From: an uncultured Eubacterium sp.
Lineage (GTDB): Bacteria; Bacillota; Clostridia; Lachnospirales; Lachnospiraceae
Length of the DNA stretch: 64,000 bases
NCBI GenBank assembly: GCA_948848225.1
Contig: CAQOJF010000001.1
Coordinates: 207,849 to 271,848 of the forward strand
Direction of reading: 5' to 3'
The notes under the pieces are model-generated. The model searched no databases. It was not told the DNA's origin and saw only the letters and a list, made by a program, of their open reading frames with translations. Each line of letters opens with the position of its first letter. The first letter of the stretch is position 1. Positions 38,634 to 49,058 of this stretch are shown piece after piece. The position numbers and the translations under genes are program-made.

Positions 38634-39437
38634 TCATTTTCTCCGAACTGGGAAATACACCTCCGTTTCCCATTCCTCCGGAGCCAGCGAATCAAACTGG
38701 GTTTTGATATAGAGATCAAATGGCGCTCCTGCGATCTCATAATCGTGTTCAGCAATCCATGTCACAACCGCACCATACGCCTCCGAGAGCGTGGAATATC
38801 CCCCGTGGTGTACCGTCATCGCGCACTCACAGGATTCCACAATCACATCCGCCTTATCCTTCTCCCTGATTCCAATAAAGACTTCGATATCCGAAGATTG
38901 GCTGTCAAACTCTTTATCATAGTATCTGGCGCCATTTAACCCAGTAGGCGTAACATGCTCTTTCGGCACACGCTCAAAAAGCGTGCTGTAATACTTGCCA
39001 AATTCATCCACCCCCATCATTGAGCGGTTTACCAGAACATTCATTGCCGGCGAATTTTTAATCTCAATCGTGTAACCTTTCTGATAAGTCATAATATCAC
39101 CTGTCCTTTCAAATACAGAAATGTGTGTCTGAAGTTCGTTCAGGATTATGTCGATCTCCTGCTTTTTCCGCTTCAGCTGTTCCATCTGCTGCCGCAGCGC
39201 ATTTACGAGCTCTTTCTTATCCGAAATGGGTAACAGATGCTGGATCTCATCCAATGAAAAACCATAGCGTTTCAGACGCTGGATATAATTCATGTCGTCA
39301 ATCTGTTCTGTCTTATAATAACGATACCCTGTAAAGCGGTCCACCTCTGCCGGAATAAGAAGTCCGATCTTGTCATAATGATGGAGAGTTTTTACACTTA
39401 CCTGACACACCCTGGAAAATTCTCCGATCTGCAGCAT
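38634..39437 (-). CDS. MerR family regulator with GyrI-like effector domain
   Basis: IGEFSRVCQVSVKTLHHYDKIGLL.P...GYRYY; H.GGY..L..AY..W C-domain. Confidence 0.93.
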   Translation of the reverse strand: MLQIGEFSRVCQVSVKTLHHYDKIGLLIPAEVDRFTGYRYYKTEQIDDMNYIQRLKRYGFSLDEIQHLLPISDKKELVNALRQQMEQLKRKKQEIDIILNELQTHISVFERTGDIMTYQKGYTIEIKNSPAMNVLVNRSMMGVDEFGKYYSTLFERVPKEHVTPTGLNGARYYDKEFDSQSSDIEVFIGIREKDKADVIVESCECAMTVHHGGYSTLSEAYGAVVTWIAEHDYEIAGAPFDLYIKTQFDSLAPEEWETEVYFPVRRK

Positions 39438-39479
39438 CCTTTTTACCTCCTTCGCAATAATAGATCCGAATCTGATATC

Positions 39480-39510
39480 AGTTTACATTCTGACCCAAGA
39501 GGAGAGTCAA
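39480..39510 (-). promoter_or_regulatory. MerR-type promoter with 19-bp spacer
   Basis: TTGACT-CTCCTCTTGGGTCAGAATG-TAAACT with imperfect TGACTC/GGGTCA dyad. Confidence 0.75.
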
Positions 39511-39679
39511 TACATTTTTAAAAATTCTTCTTCATTTTCACTTTTCGCCTTAAGTATTACGCTGTTCTCTTTGAAAACTTCTTTTAATATCCGACCTTCT
39601 AATTCCCTTCCATTGTACCACAATTCTCCCTGCCTATAAAGGCAAAACTGCATTCCATAAATTCAACCACTTTTTCCGA

Positions 39680-39696
39680 TTCTACCATCCGTAGAA
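39680..39696. promoter_or_regulatory. Candidate XRE operator
   Basis: TTCTAC-CATCC-GTAGAA palindrome, with a further TTCTAC half-site at 39703. Confidence 0.5.
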
Positions 39697-39787
39697 CTGT
39701 GATTCTACGCACCGAAGGTTGTAGGGAAATGTATTTAATGTTATGATACAAATATTACTTAAGTTTATCGGAAGGCAGGTTTATATC

Positions 39788-40549
39788 ATGGATCAGGCAA
39801 AGTCGGGCAGATTTATAGCAGAGAAGCGGAAAGAAAAGGGAATGACCCAGAAGGAACTAGCAAAACATCTTGGCATCGGAGATAAGGCTATTTCAAAATG
39901 GGAATGCGGGCGAGGGATGCCGGATAATTCTATTATGGTGCCGCTATGCGATCTTTTGGACATTAATGTAAATGAGCTTCTTATGGGAGAAACTCTCTCA
40001 GTAAAGGATTACAATGAAAGTTCAGAAGATATTATTCTAACGCTGATTGAGGAAAAAGAATCTTTAAAGAGGAAAAACAAAAAGAACTTGGTTTCCTGCG
40101 TCATGGCAATCCTGTTTGCTGCCGTCTTATTTGTCCTCATGACCATGCCTATCCAGATCCAGCATAACTGGGTATACTTTTTTGATCCGCTGACTTTTAT
40201 TATGAATCCCATTCTTGTGCTGGTTATGCTGCTAACAACCAGGAATGTAAAACCATTTTTTCAATCCTTTTACATCATAGGGAAAAAGAATGTTGATCGA
40301 AATCGGCTTTTTTCCTCGCAGCAGGCAGTAAAGCTTGCTATCGCCTCTTTTTTACTTGGTGGAGGGATGATTACGGTTTTTGACACGATTTTTATATTGG
40401 GGACAATGGCATCAGAACCGGGAAAAAGGCTGGCGGTCGCACTGCTTACAATGCTGTACAGCATGCTGTTTGCACTGCTTTTGCTGCCGCTAAAGTACAG
40501 GCTGGAATCAAAAATGGAGGAAATGAATGAAGAATCTGATCCAAGCTGA
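39788..40549 (+). CDS. Membrane-bound XRE-family regulator (BcrR-like architecture)
   Basis: TQKELAKHLGIGDKAISKWECGRGMPD HTH followed by four hydrophobic segments. Confidence 0.85.
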   Translation: MDQAKSGRFIAEKRKEKGMTQKELAKHLGIGDKAISKWECGRGMPDNSIMVPLCDLLDINVNELLMGETLSVKDYNESSEDIILTLIEEKESLKRKNKKNLVSCVMAILFAAVLFVLMTMPIQIQHNWVYFFDPLTFIMNPILVLVMLLTTRNVKPFFQSFYIIGKKNVDRNRLFSSQQAVKLAIASFLLGGGMITVFDTIFILGTMASEPGKRLAVALLTMLYSMLFALLLLPLKYRLESKMEEMNEESDPS

Positions 40550-41252
40550 ATTGTTTAAATTAAAAAAATCAACTGCTTATAAGGTTCTACTGATCACCTA
40601 TCTGATCATAGAGGCTGTTATCCAAATGAACAATATCAGCAACAGTATTGCTTATCCAAAATATAATCCCACATACACAGGGATCGAATGGCTGCTGAAT
40701 CTCCGCCAGACACTTTTATATTCAATTGTTATATTTCTTTTTACTACATATCACGTGAATGGAGATTTTGTAAGACATACATTTTATACCAGCCTTCTAT
40801 GTGGCATATCGCGTAAAAATGCCTTTCTGGCAAAAATAATCTCTGTATCTGCAGGAGTCGTTCCACTGATGCTGGTGCCTTCCCTCACGGGAACAGTTCT
40901 CTGGAGCATACACGCTGGTTTTGGTATGAATTTTGGCATAGAAGCAGTCTGCCTTATTGGAAAGGCTCTCGCCATACAAATTCTAGCTTCCCTGATGCTG
41001 GTCAGTAATGCGGTATTTTTTTCCGTCATAGCCAAAAGTAAAATAAGCGCTTTTAAATGGAGTTTTGGCACACTATATGTACTTGGCGTACTACGGGGAA
41101 ACATAGGGCATATCATACAGATTCCGGCTCTCCGTGACATTTTGCTGTTCTTATTATCGTTATTTTACTTAAATCTCGGAACCTTTCTGGCTGCAATAAT
41201 ATTAAAACTGCTGGCAGCCGGATATATTTTTGAAAGATATGATTTAAAATGA
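40527..41252 (+). CDS. ABC-2 type permease (BcrB/LanE-like)
   Basis: MKNLIQAELFKLKK, six hydrophobic segments, GISR...FLAK, FERYDLK. Confidence 0.85.
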   Translation: MKNLIQAELFKLKKSTAYKVLLITYLIIEAVIQMNNISNSIAYPKYNPTYTGIEWLLNLRQTLLYSIVIFLFTTYHVNGDFVRHTFYTSLLCGISRKNAFLAKIISVSAGVVPLMLVPSLTGTVLWSIHAGFGMNFGIEAVCLIGKALAIQILASLMLVSNAVFFSVIAKSKISAFKWSFGTLYVLGVLRGNIGHIIQIPALRDILLFLLSLFYLNLGTFLAAIILKLLAAGYIFERYDLK

Positions 41253-41264
41253 ATGGAGGCAAAC

Positions 41265-42197
41265 ATGGCAGACATAATTTTCAAAGCAGAGAATGTTGTT
41301 AAACAATATAAAAAAAAGAAGCGTTTTATTGCCTTAAATGAACTTAATATGGAAATACACCGTGGCGATATCTATGGCTTTGTTGGGGAAAACGGCGCCG
41401 GAAAGACAACGCTGATGCGCATTTTAGCAGGCTGGGCCAGACAAACTTCGGGATACATTACCTTGTTTGGGGAAAACAGCGAAAAAGGACTTTGCCAAAA
41501 ACGCCGCCACATCAACGGAATTATCGAAACGCCGGCTTTCTATCCCGACCTGACTGCATGGGACAATCTTGAGATCTGCCGTCTGCAGAGAGGCATTACA
41601 GATCAAGAATGCATCCATAAATCGCTAAGGACCGTTGGTTTGACTGGGGAAGATGCAGACGGCACAAAGACCAAAAAGTTTTCATTTGGTATGAAACAAC
41701 GTTTGGGCATCGCCATGGCTTTACTTGGCAAGCCACAGTTTCTATTTTTTGACGAGCCTCTCAACGGGCTTGATCCTGTGGGAATTCACGATTTTCATAA
41801 ATTAATCCAGGCAATGAGTAAAAACGGAATTACCATCCTGATTTCCAGCCACATGCTGCGCGAACTGAATTCCCTGGCCACCTGTTACGGATTTATCCAT
41901 AAGGGAAAAATGATGGAACAAATTTCATCGGAAGAACTTGCAGAAAAGTTCTGCCGCTATATGCTGCTTACTGTGGATAATGCAGCCCGCACAGTAGAAA
42001 TCCTCAGGGAAAAGCTGGGATTCACTCGGCTTGAAGCAGTTTCCGATGACACAGTGCATTTGTATGAGAGCCTTGATAAAGGTGGAGAGATCATGAAAGC
42101 ACTTATTACGAACGAAATTACAGTAGAACAAATGACAACAAAAGGTGAGGATCTGGAAAAATATTACTTGTCACTGCTCAAAAATCAGCGCCTGTAA
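41265..42197 (+). CDS. ABC ATPase (BcrA/LanF-like)
   Basis: GENGAGKTT, IETPAFY E-loop, FSFGMKQRLGIA, DEPLNGLDP, ISSH. Confidence 0.92.
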   Translation: MADIIFKAENVVKQYKKKKRFIALNELNMEIHRGDIYGFVGENGAGKTTLMRILAGWARQTSGYITLFGENSEKGLCQKRRHINGIIETPAFYPDLTAWDNLEICRLQRGITDQECIHKSLRTVGLTGEDADGTKTKKFSFGMKQRLGIAMALLGKPQFLFFDEPLNGLDPVGIHDFHKLIQAMSKNGITILISSHMLRELNSLATCYGFIHKGKMMEQISSEELAEKFCRYMLLTVDNAARTVEILREKLGFTRLEAVSDDTVHLYESLDKGGEIMKALITNEITVEQMTTKGEDLEKYYLSLLKNQRL

Positions 42198-42209
42198 AGA
42201 GGTGGTTTC

Positions 42210-42848
42210 ATGGGAAAATTAATCAAAGCTGAATTTTATAAGCTGGAAAAACTCCCCTCTGTCCGCATAATATTTCTATTTGCCTGTATGACAGCAATGC
42301 TACGAGGCTTTTCTCCCTATCCGGGATATCAAATGTACATAACAGCCTTGGTTCCGGAGTTGTTTGATGCCGTTCTGGTTTCTGTCTTTACTGCCGCTTT
42401 CCTATGTGCGGAATTTTCCAACCGGACATTTGGCAATGCTGCTCTCAGTGGAGTATCACGTCAAAATGTTTTTTTCGCCAAACTTACAGCGTACTTCCCG
42501 GGGCTGCTTGTACTGGTCCTGCTTCCACTGGCTGTCTCAGTATGTTCTGCAACGATAAGAAATGGTTTTGGTGCGGATTGGGATGCCGTTGTTTGGGATA
42601 TAATAGAAAAGCTTCTTTTCTATATCCTTTATCGGTTTTTCATGGCAGGTTTTGCCATCTTTGCCGCCACCTTGATCCAAAACTCCATCGGAATGCTGGG
42701 AACTGGCGTGGCCGGAATTTATCTCATAACGCTGATCAAAAAGCCTATGGAACATCCGGTCACGCAGATTACACTTCTATTTACTATTATAGAAATTTCC
42801 ATTTTCTTATCTTTGGCAGCCTTTATTTTTGCAAAACGGGAACTGTAG
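42210..42848 (+). CDS. ABC-2 type permease (second paralog)
   Basis: MGKLIKAEFYKL, EFSNRTF...GVSR...FFAK, FAKREL. Confidence 0.85.
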   Translation: MGKLIKAEFYKLEKLPSVRIIFLFACMTAMLRGFSPYPGYQMYITALVPELFDAVLVSVFTAAFLCAEFSNRTFGNAALSGVSRQNVFFAKLTAYFPGLLVLVLLPLAVSVCSATIRNGFGADWDAVVWDIIEKLLFYILYRFFMAGFAIFAATLIQNSIGMLGTGVAGIYLITLIKKPMEHPVTQITLLFTIIEISIFLSLAAFIFAKREL

Positions 42849-42971
42849 GAAGGCAGGCCATTGTCACATCAAACATATTTTTAAATAAACTATCTTACGG
42901 CGCAAAAAATCATGCGCCCCATATTCACATGGAACGCATGACCTTTCGCACCTGTTATCATATATTTTTTA

Positions 42972-44210
42972 TTAATACAATGGATACTTATCTGTCAGTG
43001 TCTTCACGATCTCCATTGCCTTTGCCTTATTTGCTTCCACATCATCAATAAGCATTGCGATAGCATCGGCAACCTGATCCATATCTTCCGTATTCATACC
43101 GCGTGTCGTCACAGCTGCCGTGCCGAGACGGATACCACTGGTCACAAATGGACTCTGAGGATCGTTCGGAATGGTATTTTTATTGGCGGTGATATTTGCC
43201 TCATCCAGCCATGCCTCTACCTGTTTGCCAGTCAGTCCCTTTTTTACCAGGTCTACTAACATCAGGTGGTTGTCTGTGCCGCCGGAAACAATGTCAATGC
43301 CGCGGTTCATCAGCCCCTTGCTCAATGCCTGGGCATTCGCCACGATATTTTTACCGTATTCCTTAAAGCTTGGATCCAGTGCTTCCTTGAAGCAGACCGC
43401 CTTGGCAGCGATCACATGCATCAGAGGTCCGCCCTGAATGCCAGGGAAAATAGATTTGTTCAACTTATATTCATTGGCAAACTCTTCACTGGAAAGAATC
43501 ATGCCGCCACGGGGTCCACGAAGGGTTTTATGAGTGGTAGTGGTGGTCACATGAGCATATGGGATCGGGCTCTCGTGTACACCAGCCGCGATCAGTCCGG
43601 CGATATGTGCCATATCCACCATCAGGAATGCGCCCACTTCATCTGCGATCTCACGGAATCTCTTAAAGTCAATCTTGCGGCAGTAAGCGCTGGCTCCAGC
43701 GATGATCATTTTCGGCTTGCATTCTTTTGCAATGCGCTCTACCTCATCATAGTCAATAAATCCCTCATCGTTTACTCCATAAGGTACAATATTATAATAG
43801 GTTCCAGAAATATTTGCCGGGCTTCCGTGGGAAAGATGTCCGCCGTGATCCAGATTCATTCCCATCACGGTCTCACCAGGTTTTACAAGGGCAAAGAAAA
43901 CTGCCATATTTGCCTGGGCGCCAGAATGGGGCTGAACATTGGCATAGGTGCAGCCAAACAGCTCCTTGGCACGGTCTCTTGCCAGATCTTCTACCATATC
44001 CACATACTGGCAGCCGCCGTAATATCTCTTGCCCGGATATCCTTCTGCATACTTATTCGTACATGTGCTTCCCATCGCTGCCATAACAGCTTTGCTGACA
44101 AAGTTCTCCGAAGCAATCAGCTCGATATGATCATTCTGTCTGCCAGTTTCCAGTTCCATCGCCTTGGCAAGCTCTGGATCCGCTTTTTTAACTTCTTCAA
44201 ATGAATACAT
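42972..44210 (-). CDS. glyA: Serine hydroxymethyltransferase
   Basis: [34 protein letters not shown]. Confidence 0.98.
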   Translation of the reverse strand: MYSFEEVKKADPELAKAMELETGRQNDHIELIASENFVSKAVMAAMGSTCTNKYAEGYPGKRYYGGCQYVDMVEDLARDRAKELFGCTYANVQPHSGAQANMAVFFALVKPGETVMGMNLDHGGHLSHGSPANISGTYYNIVPYGVNDEGFIDYDEVERIAKECKPKMIIAGASAYCRKIDFKRFREIADEVGAFLMVDMAHIAGLIAAGVHESPIPYAHVTTTTTHKTLRGPRGGMILSSEEFANEYKLNKSIFPGIQGGPLMHVIAAKAVCFKEALDPSFKEYGKNIVANAQALSKGLMNRGIDIVSGGTDNHLMLVDLVKKGLTGKQVEAWLDEANITANKNTIPNDPQSPFVTSGIRLGTAAVTTRGMNTEDMDQVADAIAMLIDDVEANKAKAMEIVKTLTDKYPLY

Positions 44211-44235
44211 AATCTATCTCCTTTATATTTATTTT

Positions 44236-45507
44236 TTATGCCTGGTCGATCGCCTTACCTATATCATTTCTCATATACTTATTCTCGAAGCTAATCCACT
44301 CCGTGGCGGCATAGGCGTTCTTCCTTGCCTCCTTCAGATCTGCTCCCTTGGCGGTCACTCCCAGGACTCGTCCTCCGTTGGTCACGATCTGTTCCCCCTC
44401 AAACTTCGTGCCGGCATGGAACACATAATAGCCCTCCCTGCCCTCAAAGTTCTCAAAGCCTGTGATCACTTTTCCTTTTTCATAATGTTCTGGATAGCCC
44501 TCAGAAGCCAGAACGACACAAACTGCCGCATTATCCTCAAATTGAAGATCGATATCCTCCAGTTTTCCGTCGATGCAGGCGTTCATCACATCTACAATGT
44601 CATTTTTCATCCGGGGCAGTACCACCTGCGCCTCAGGATCGCCAAACCGTGCATTGTATTCCAGTACCTTCGGTCCTTCTGATGTGAGCATAAGCCCCAC
44701 AAACAGGATTCCCACAAAATCTCTTCCTTCTGCTTTCATGGCATCCATCGTGGGCTGGAACACCTTTTCCTCACAGAATTTTTGGATCTCTTCGTTGTAA
44801 AATGGTGTCGGGGAAAAGGTTCCCATACCTCCGGTATTCAATCCTTCATCGTTGTCCTTTGCCCTTTTGTGATCCTGGGCGCTGGTCATCGGTTTAATAT
44901 GAGTTCCATCGCAATAGCAGAGAACCGATACTTCTCGCCCCGTAATAAATTCCTCGATCACAATCCGGTTTCCGGCGTCACCAAACTGCTTGTCTAGCAT
45001 CAGAGTTTTAACGCCTGCCTTTGCCTCCTCCAGCGTATTGCAGATCAGTACACCCTTTCCAAGGGCAAGTCCGTCTGCCTTAAGCACGATGGGCATTTTA
45101 GCATTCTGAAGATAAGCAAGTGCCACCTCCGGAGTATCAAAGTTTTCATATGCCGCCGTGGGAATCCCATATTTCTTCATAAGATCTTTGGAAAATGCCT
45201 TGCTGCCCTCGATGATCGCCGCATTTTTGCGCGGTCCAAACACCCGGAGTCCGCGTTCTTCAAAGACATCCACAACGCCGCCCACCAGCGGATCATCCAT
45301 CCCGATGATCGTCAGACCGATCTCATTCTCCTGGGCAAAATCTGCCAAACGGTCAAATTCCATGGCCTGAATATCTACACACTCTGCCACTCCGGCGATC
45401 CCAGCATTGCCCGGTGCACAGTAGATCTTATCCACCTGACTGCTCTTTGCCACACTGGCCGCAATGGCATGTTCACGTCCGCCGCTTCCTACAATGAGTA
45501 CTTTCAT
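44236..45507 (-). CDS. purD: Phosphoribosylamine--glycine ligase
   Basis: MKVLIVGSGGREHA (GGAGG RBS), KADGLALGKGV, NTGGMG, EYNARFGDPE. Confidence 0.97.
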   Translation of the reverse strand: MKVLIVGSGGREHAIAASVAKSSQVDKIYCAPGNAGIAGVAECVDIQAMEFDRLADFAQENEIGLTIIGMDDPLVGGVVDVFEERGLRVFGPRKNAAIIEGSKAFSKDLMKKYGIPTAAYENFDTPEVALAYLQNAKMPIVLKADGLALGKGVLICNTLEEAKAGVKTLMLDKQFGDAGNRIVIEEFITGREVSVLCYCDGTHIKPMTSAQDHKRAKDNDEGLNTGGMGTFSPTPFYNEEIQKFCEEKVFQPTMDAMKAEGRDFVGILFVGLMLTSEGPKVLEYNARFGDPEAQVVLPRMKNDIVDVMNACIDGKLEDIDLQFEDNAAVCVVLASEGYPEHYEKGKVITGFENFEGREGYYVFHAGTKFEGEQIVTNGGRVLGVTAKGADLKEARKNAYAATEWISFENKYMRNDIGKAIDQA

Positions 45508-45532
45508 CTGATTTTCCTCCATATTTACATTA

Positions 45533-46156
45533 TTATATATATTTCACGATTCCATCCTCGATGCGAATCCGTCCGTTGGCGATGTCGTCAATGGCCTGGG
45601 GCAGTATCTTCCACTCCGCCTGCTCCATCACCCGTTTCTGCAGAATCTCCGGGGTGTCATCATCCCTGACCTCCACCGCCTTCTGGCTGATGATAGGACC
45701 GCCGTCCGGGATCTCATTAACAAAGTGAACCGTAGCACCTGTCACCTTATTTCCCCGTGCCAGCACACTTTCATGTACTTTTAACCCATAATACCCTGGC
45801 CCGCAGTGGGAAGGGATCAAGGAAGGGTGAATATTGATCATTCTTCCCTCAAAATGCGTTACAAAGTTTTCGGGGAGAATCACAAGAAATCCTGCCAGGA
45901 CAACTAAGTCAATTTTCTCTTCCTCTAAACACTGGATCATGGCCTCTCCGTATTCTTCTCTTGTAGAATATTCCTTTGGTGAAATCACCTTGCTTTGGAC
46001 GCCGTAACTGGCTGCGCGTTCCAATGCATAGGCCCCGGGTTTGTTGCTGATCACCAGGCTGATGTCCGCATTGGTAATCTTTCCATCCCTGTGACAGTCC
46101 AGGATCGCCTGCAGGTTCGTTCCACCGCCAGAAACAAGTACCGCTGTCTTTGTCAT
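45533..46156 (-). CDS. purN: Phosphoribosylglycinamide formyltransferase
   Basis: VSGGGTNLQAI, INIHPSLIP, TGATVHFV. Confidence 0.96.
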   Translation of the reverse strand: MTKTAVLVSGGGTNLQAILDCHRDGKITNADISLVISNKPGAYALERAASYGVQSKVISPKEYSTREEYGEAMIQCLEEEKIDLVVLAGFLVILPENFVTHFEGRMINIHPSLIPSHCGPGYYGLKVHESVLARGNKVTGATVHFVNEIPDGGPIISQKAVEVRDDDTPEILQKRVMEQAEWKILPQAIDDIANGRIRIEDGIVKYI

Positions 46157-46190
46157 TTCTCGTTCTTCCTTTCCAATCCGTTGTACTGGC

Positions 46191-47216
46191 CTATTTGATG
46201 GTGATGCCTTTCTCCCCATCAACGATCTCACCTAATACATAAGGAACCTCACCCGCGCTGCGAATCGCTGCCACCGTCTCGTCCACTGCTGACTTGTCCA
46301 CTGCTGTGATCATGCCGACTCCCATATTGTACGTATTGTACATCGCCTCTTCTGACACATTTCCATCTTTGGCAAGCATACCAAAAATCGGAGGAATCGC
46401 GAAACTACCTTTTTCGATTACCGCATGAGTGCCATCCTTGAGCATTCTTGGGATATTTTCATAAAATCCACCGCCGGTGATGTGGCTGCATGCCTTGATC
46501 TTCACACCAGCATCCTTGATGGCTCTCAGTGCTTTTACATATATCTTCGTCGGGGTAAGAAGAGTTTCTCCCAGCGTTCCGGACAAACTTTCATAGGTTC
46601 TGTTCAATGCCTCAGTATTCATGCTGAACACCTGGCGAACCAGAGAATAACCATTGCTGTGGATTCCCGAAGAAGCCATTCCCACCAGAACATCTCCCGG
46701 AACCAGCTCCTTTCCTGTGATCATATCTTTTTTATCCACAATTCCTACAGAAAAACCAGCAAGATCGTATTCATCCACCGGATAAAAACCTGGCATCTCC
46801 GCGGTCTCTCCGCCGATCAGCGCCGCACCGGACTGACGACAGCCCTCTGCCACTCCACTGACGATCTTCGCTATCTTTTCCGGCTCGTTTTTCCCACAGG
46901 CAACATAATCCAGGAAAAACAAAGGCTCGCCGCCGGCACATGCGATATCGTTTACACACATTGCCACACAGTCGATACCGATGGTATTATGCTTGTCCAG
47001 TAAAAATGCGATCTTAAGCTTTGTTCCGACCCCATCTGTACCAGATACCAAGGTCGGTTCTTCCATTCCCACAAATTTTTTCATGGAAAATGCACCGGAA
47101 AACCCTCCGATATCCGTGAGCACTTCCGGTCTCATAGTAGATGCAATATGCTCCTTCATCAACGAAACCGCTTTATAGCCCGCTTCAATGTCAACTCCAG
47201 CTTTCTTGTAGTCCAT
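46191..47216 (-). CDS. purM: AIR synthetase
   Basis: [44 protein letters not shown]. Confidence 0.97.
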   Translation of the reverse strand: MDYKKAGVDIEAGYKAVSLMKEHIASTMRPEVLTDIGGFSGAFSMKKFVGMEEPTLVSGTDGVGTKLKIAFLLDKHNTIGIDCVAMCVNDIACAGGEPLFFLDYVACGKNEPEKIAKIVSGVAEGCRQSGAALIGGETAEMPGFYPVDEYDLAGFSVGIVDKKDMITGKELVPGDVLVGMASSGIHSNGYSLVRQVFSMNTEALNRTYESLSGTLGETLLTPTKIYVKALRAIKDAGVKIKACSHITGGGFYENIPRMLKDGTHAVIEKGSFAIPPIFGMLAKDGNVSEEAMYNTYNMGVGMITAVDKSAVDETVAAIRSAGEVPYVLGEIVDGEKGITIK

Positions 47217-47303
47217 TGTCTTCTTACCTCCGTTTATACTGCTCCTAGGATGCAGTCGTTTTTATGTAGTGGGTTTCTCCTGGAAACCCCAGATTCGTTC
47301 CTC

Positions 47304-47332
47304 ATTATAGCATACTTTTTTTAATTATACAA
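47304..47332 (-). promoter_or_regulatory. sigma70 promoter of purMND-glyA
   Basis: TTGTAT-17 bp-TATAAT with extended TG. Confidence 0.7.
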
Positions 47333-47397
47333 ACTTTTTCCTTTTCATAAGAAGTTTTTTCTGTTACAATAGAATCCAGACAAAGGAGGTTTTTCAC

Positions 47398-48372
47398 ATG
47401 GAGACAAAAGGAACAATACTTTCCTACCGTCCAGATGTACGGGTGGTAGACGCAACGATCCGCGATGGCGGACTGGTTAATGATTTTCGTTTCACCGACG
47501 AGTTTGTAAAAAACCTGTATAAGGCAAACATCAAAGCCGGTGTGGATTATATGGAATTTGGTTATAAAGCATCCAGTGATATTTTCCCAAAAGCAGATTT
47601 TGGGCCATGGAAATTCTGCGATGAAAGCGATATCCGCCGAATCGTGGGCGACAACGACTCGGATATGAAGATCGCTGTGATGGCAGATGTGGGACGTACC
47701 GATTTCAAACGGGACATCATCGACCGGAGCGACAGCGTGATCGATCTGGTGCGCGTGGCTACATACATCAACACCATCCCGGCTGCCATCGAAATGGTGG
47801 AGTACTGTCATGAAAAGGGCTATGAGACCACCATCAATATTATGGCGATCTCCAACGACAACGATACCGATATCGATGAGGCACTGGAATTGATCGGTCA
47901 CAGCAGTGTAGACGGAATCTATATTGTTGACAGCTATGGCGCCATCTATCCGGAGCAGATGAGAAAACTGGCGGACAAGTACCTTGCCTTTGCAGAAAAA
48001 TATCATAAATATGTAGGCATCCATGCCCACAACAATCAGCAGCTCGCTTTTGCGAATACCATTGAAGCATTGTCCCGCGGCGTCAGCTATATGGATGTGA
48101 CTGTCAGCGGCATGGGACGCGGCGCCGGAAACTGTGCCAGCGAGATTCTTCTGGGATTTTTGAAAAATCCAAAATACAACATTCTGCCGATCCTGGATAT
48201 TCTGGAAAAAGAGATCATACCTCTGAAAGAACAGGGCGTGATCTGGGGATACGACATACCCTATCTTCTCACGGGACAGCTGAACCAGCATCCCAGGACT
48301 GCCATCGCAGCTACCCGGGAAAAACGGACCGATTATAGAAAATTTTATGTAGATCTGGTGGATTATAAATAA
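47398..48372 (+). CDS. DRE-TIM (HMGL-like) aldolase catalytic domain protein
   Basis: DATIRDGG, IVDSYG, GIHAHNN, GMGRGAGN. Confidence 0.85.
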   Translation: METKGTILSYRPDVRVVDATIRDGGLVNDFRFTDEFVKNLYKANIKAGVDYMEFGYKASSDIFPKADFGPWKFCDESDIRRIVGDNDSDMKIAVMADVGRTDFKRDIIDRSDSVIDLVRVATYINTIPAAIEMVEYCHEKGYETTINIMAISNDNDTDIDEALELIGHSSVDGIYIVDSYGAIYPEQMRKLADKYLAFAEKYHKYVGIHAHNNQQLAFANTIEALSRGVSYMDVTVSGMGRGAGNCASEILLGFLKNPKYNILPILDILEKEIIPLKEQGVIWGYDIPYLLTGQLNQHPRTAIAATREKRTDYRKFYVDLVDYK

Positions 48373-48390
48373 AAGGATTGTCGTTTATAA

Positions 48391-48444
48391 AAAACCCAGT
48401 ACAGACTGATCTGACTAATATGGTCAGGGTCTGTACTGGGTTTT
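48391..48444. terminator. Bidirectional terminator
   Basis: 16-bp perfect IR AAAACCCAGTACAGAC / GTCTGTACTGGGTTTT. Confidence 0.85.
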
Positions 48445-48479
48445 CTTTTATTTATAAAGAGTAACAGGAAGGGAATTAA

Positions 48480-49058
48480 TTATGCTTCCTCTTCCTGAAG
48501 CTCTCTCATCACTTCCCGTTCCGCTTCTTCCTTAAAGTTATCAATGGTCTCCTGATTCAGGATCGGCAGCTCTTCCAGTGATTCTATTCCAAAATACCTC
48601 AGAAATTCTTCTGTCGTTGCAAAAAGAATGGGCCGTCCTGGCGCATCCAGCCTGCCCGCTTCACAGATCAGATTGTATTCGACCAGCTTATTGACGGCAT
48701 GGTCGCACTTTACTCCCCGGATCTTCTCGATCTCCAGCCTTGTAATGGGCTGCTTATAGGCAATAATAGAAAGAGTTTCCAGCATCACATCCGTGAGTAC
48801 ATGTTTCTTGGGCACGTGGGCCACTTTGATCAGATATTCATACATCTCCGGTTTGGTGCAGAGCTGAAAAGAGCCATCCAGTTCAATGATACGGATTCCC
48901 CGGTCTGTTTCCTCGTAGCGGGTCATCATATTGCGGATCAGTCTTCGAACTGTATCCTCATCGTGCTCCACGGCGGCGGCGATCCGTTCCACCTCAACGG
49001 CCTCTCCCATCGTGAACAATATCGCCTCTATAACCGCTTCTAATTCTTTTATATTCAA
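48480..49058 (-). CDS. scpB: SMC-Scp complex subunit ScpB
   Basis: IEAILF, LETLSIIAYKQPITR.EIE.IRGV, GRPILF.TT..FL. Confidence 0.96.
   Translation of the reverse strand: MNIKELEAVIEAILFTMGEAVEVERIAAAVEHDEDTVRRLIRNMMTRYEETDRGIRIIELDGSFQLCTKPEMYEYLIKVAHVPKKHVLTDVMLETLSIIAYKQPITRLEIEKIRGVKCDHAVNKLVEYNLICEAGRLDAPGRPILFATTEEFLRYFGIESLEELPILNQETIDNFKEEAEREVMRELQEEEA

Noticed and set aside
39507..39653. 48-aa minus-strand ORF upstream of merR
   Set aside because: No convincing RBS or motif
43266..44204. 312-aa plus-strand ORF
   Set aside because: Antisense to glyA
47305..48291. 328-aa minus-strand ORF
   Set aside because: Antisense to the aldolase gene
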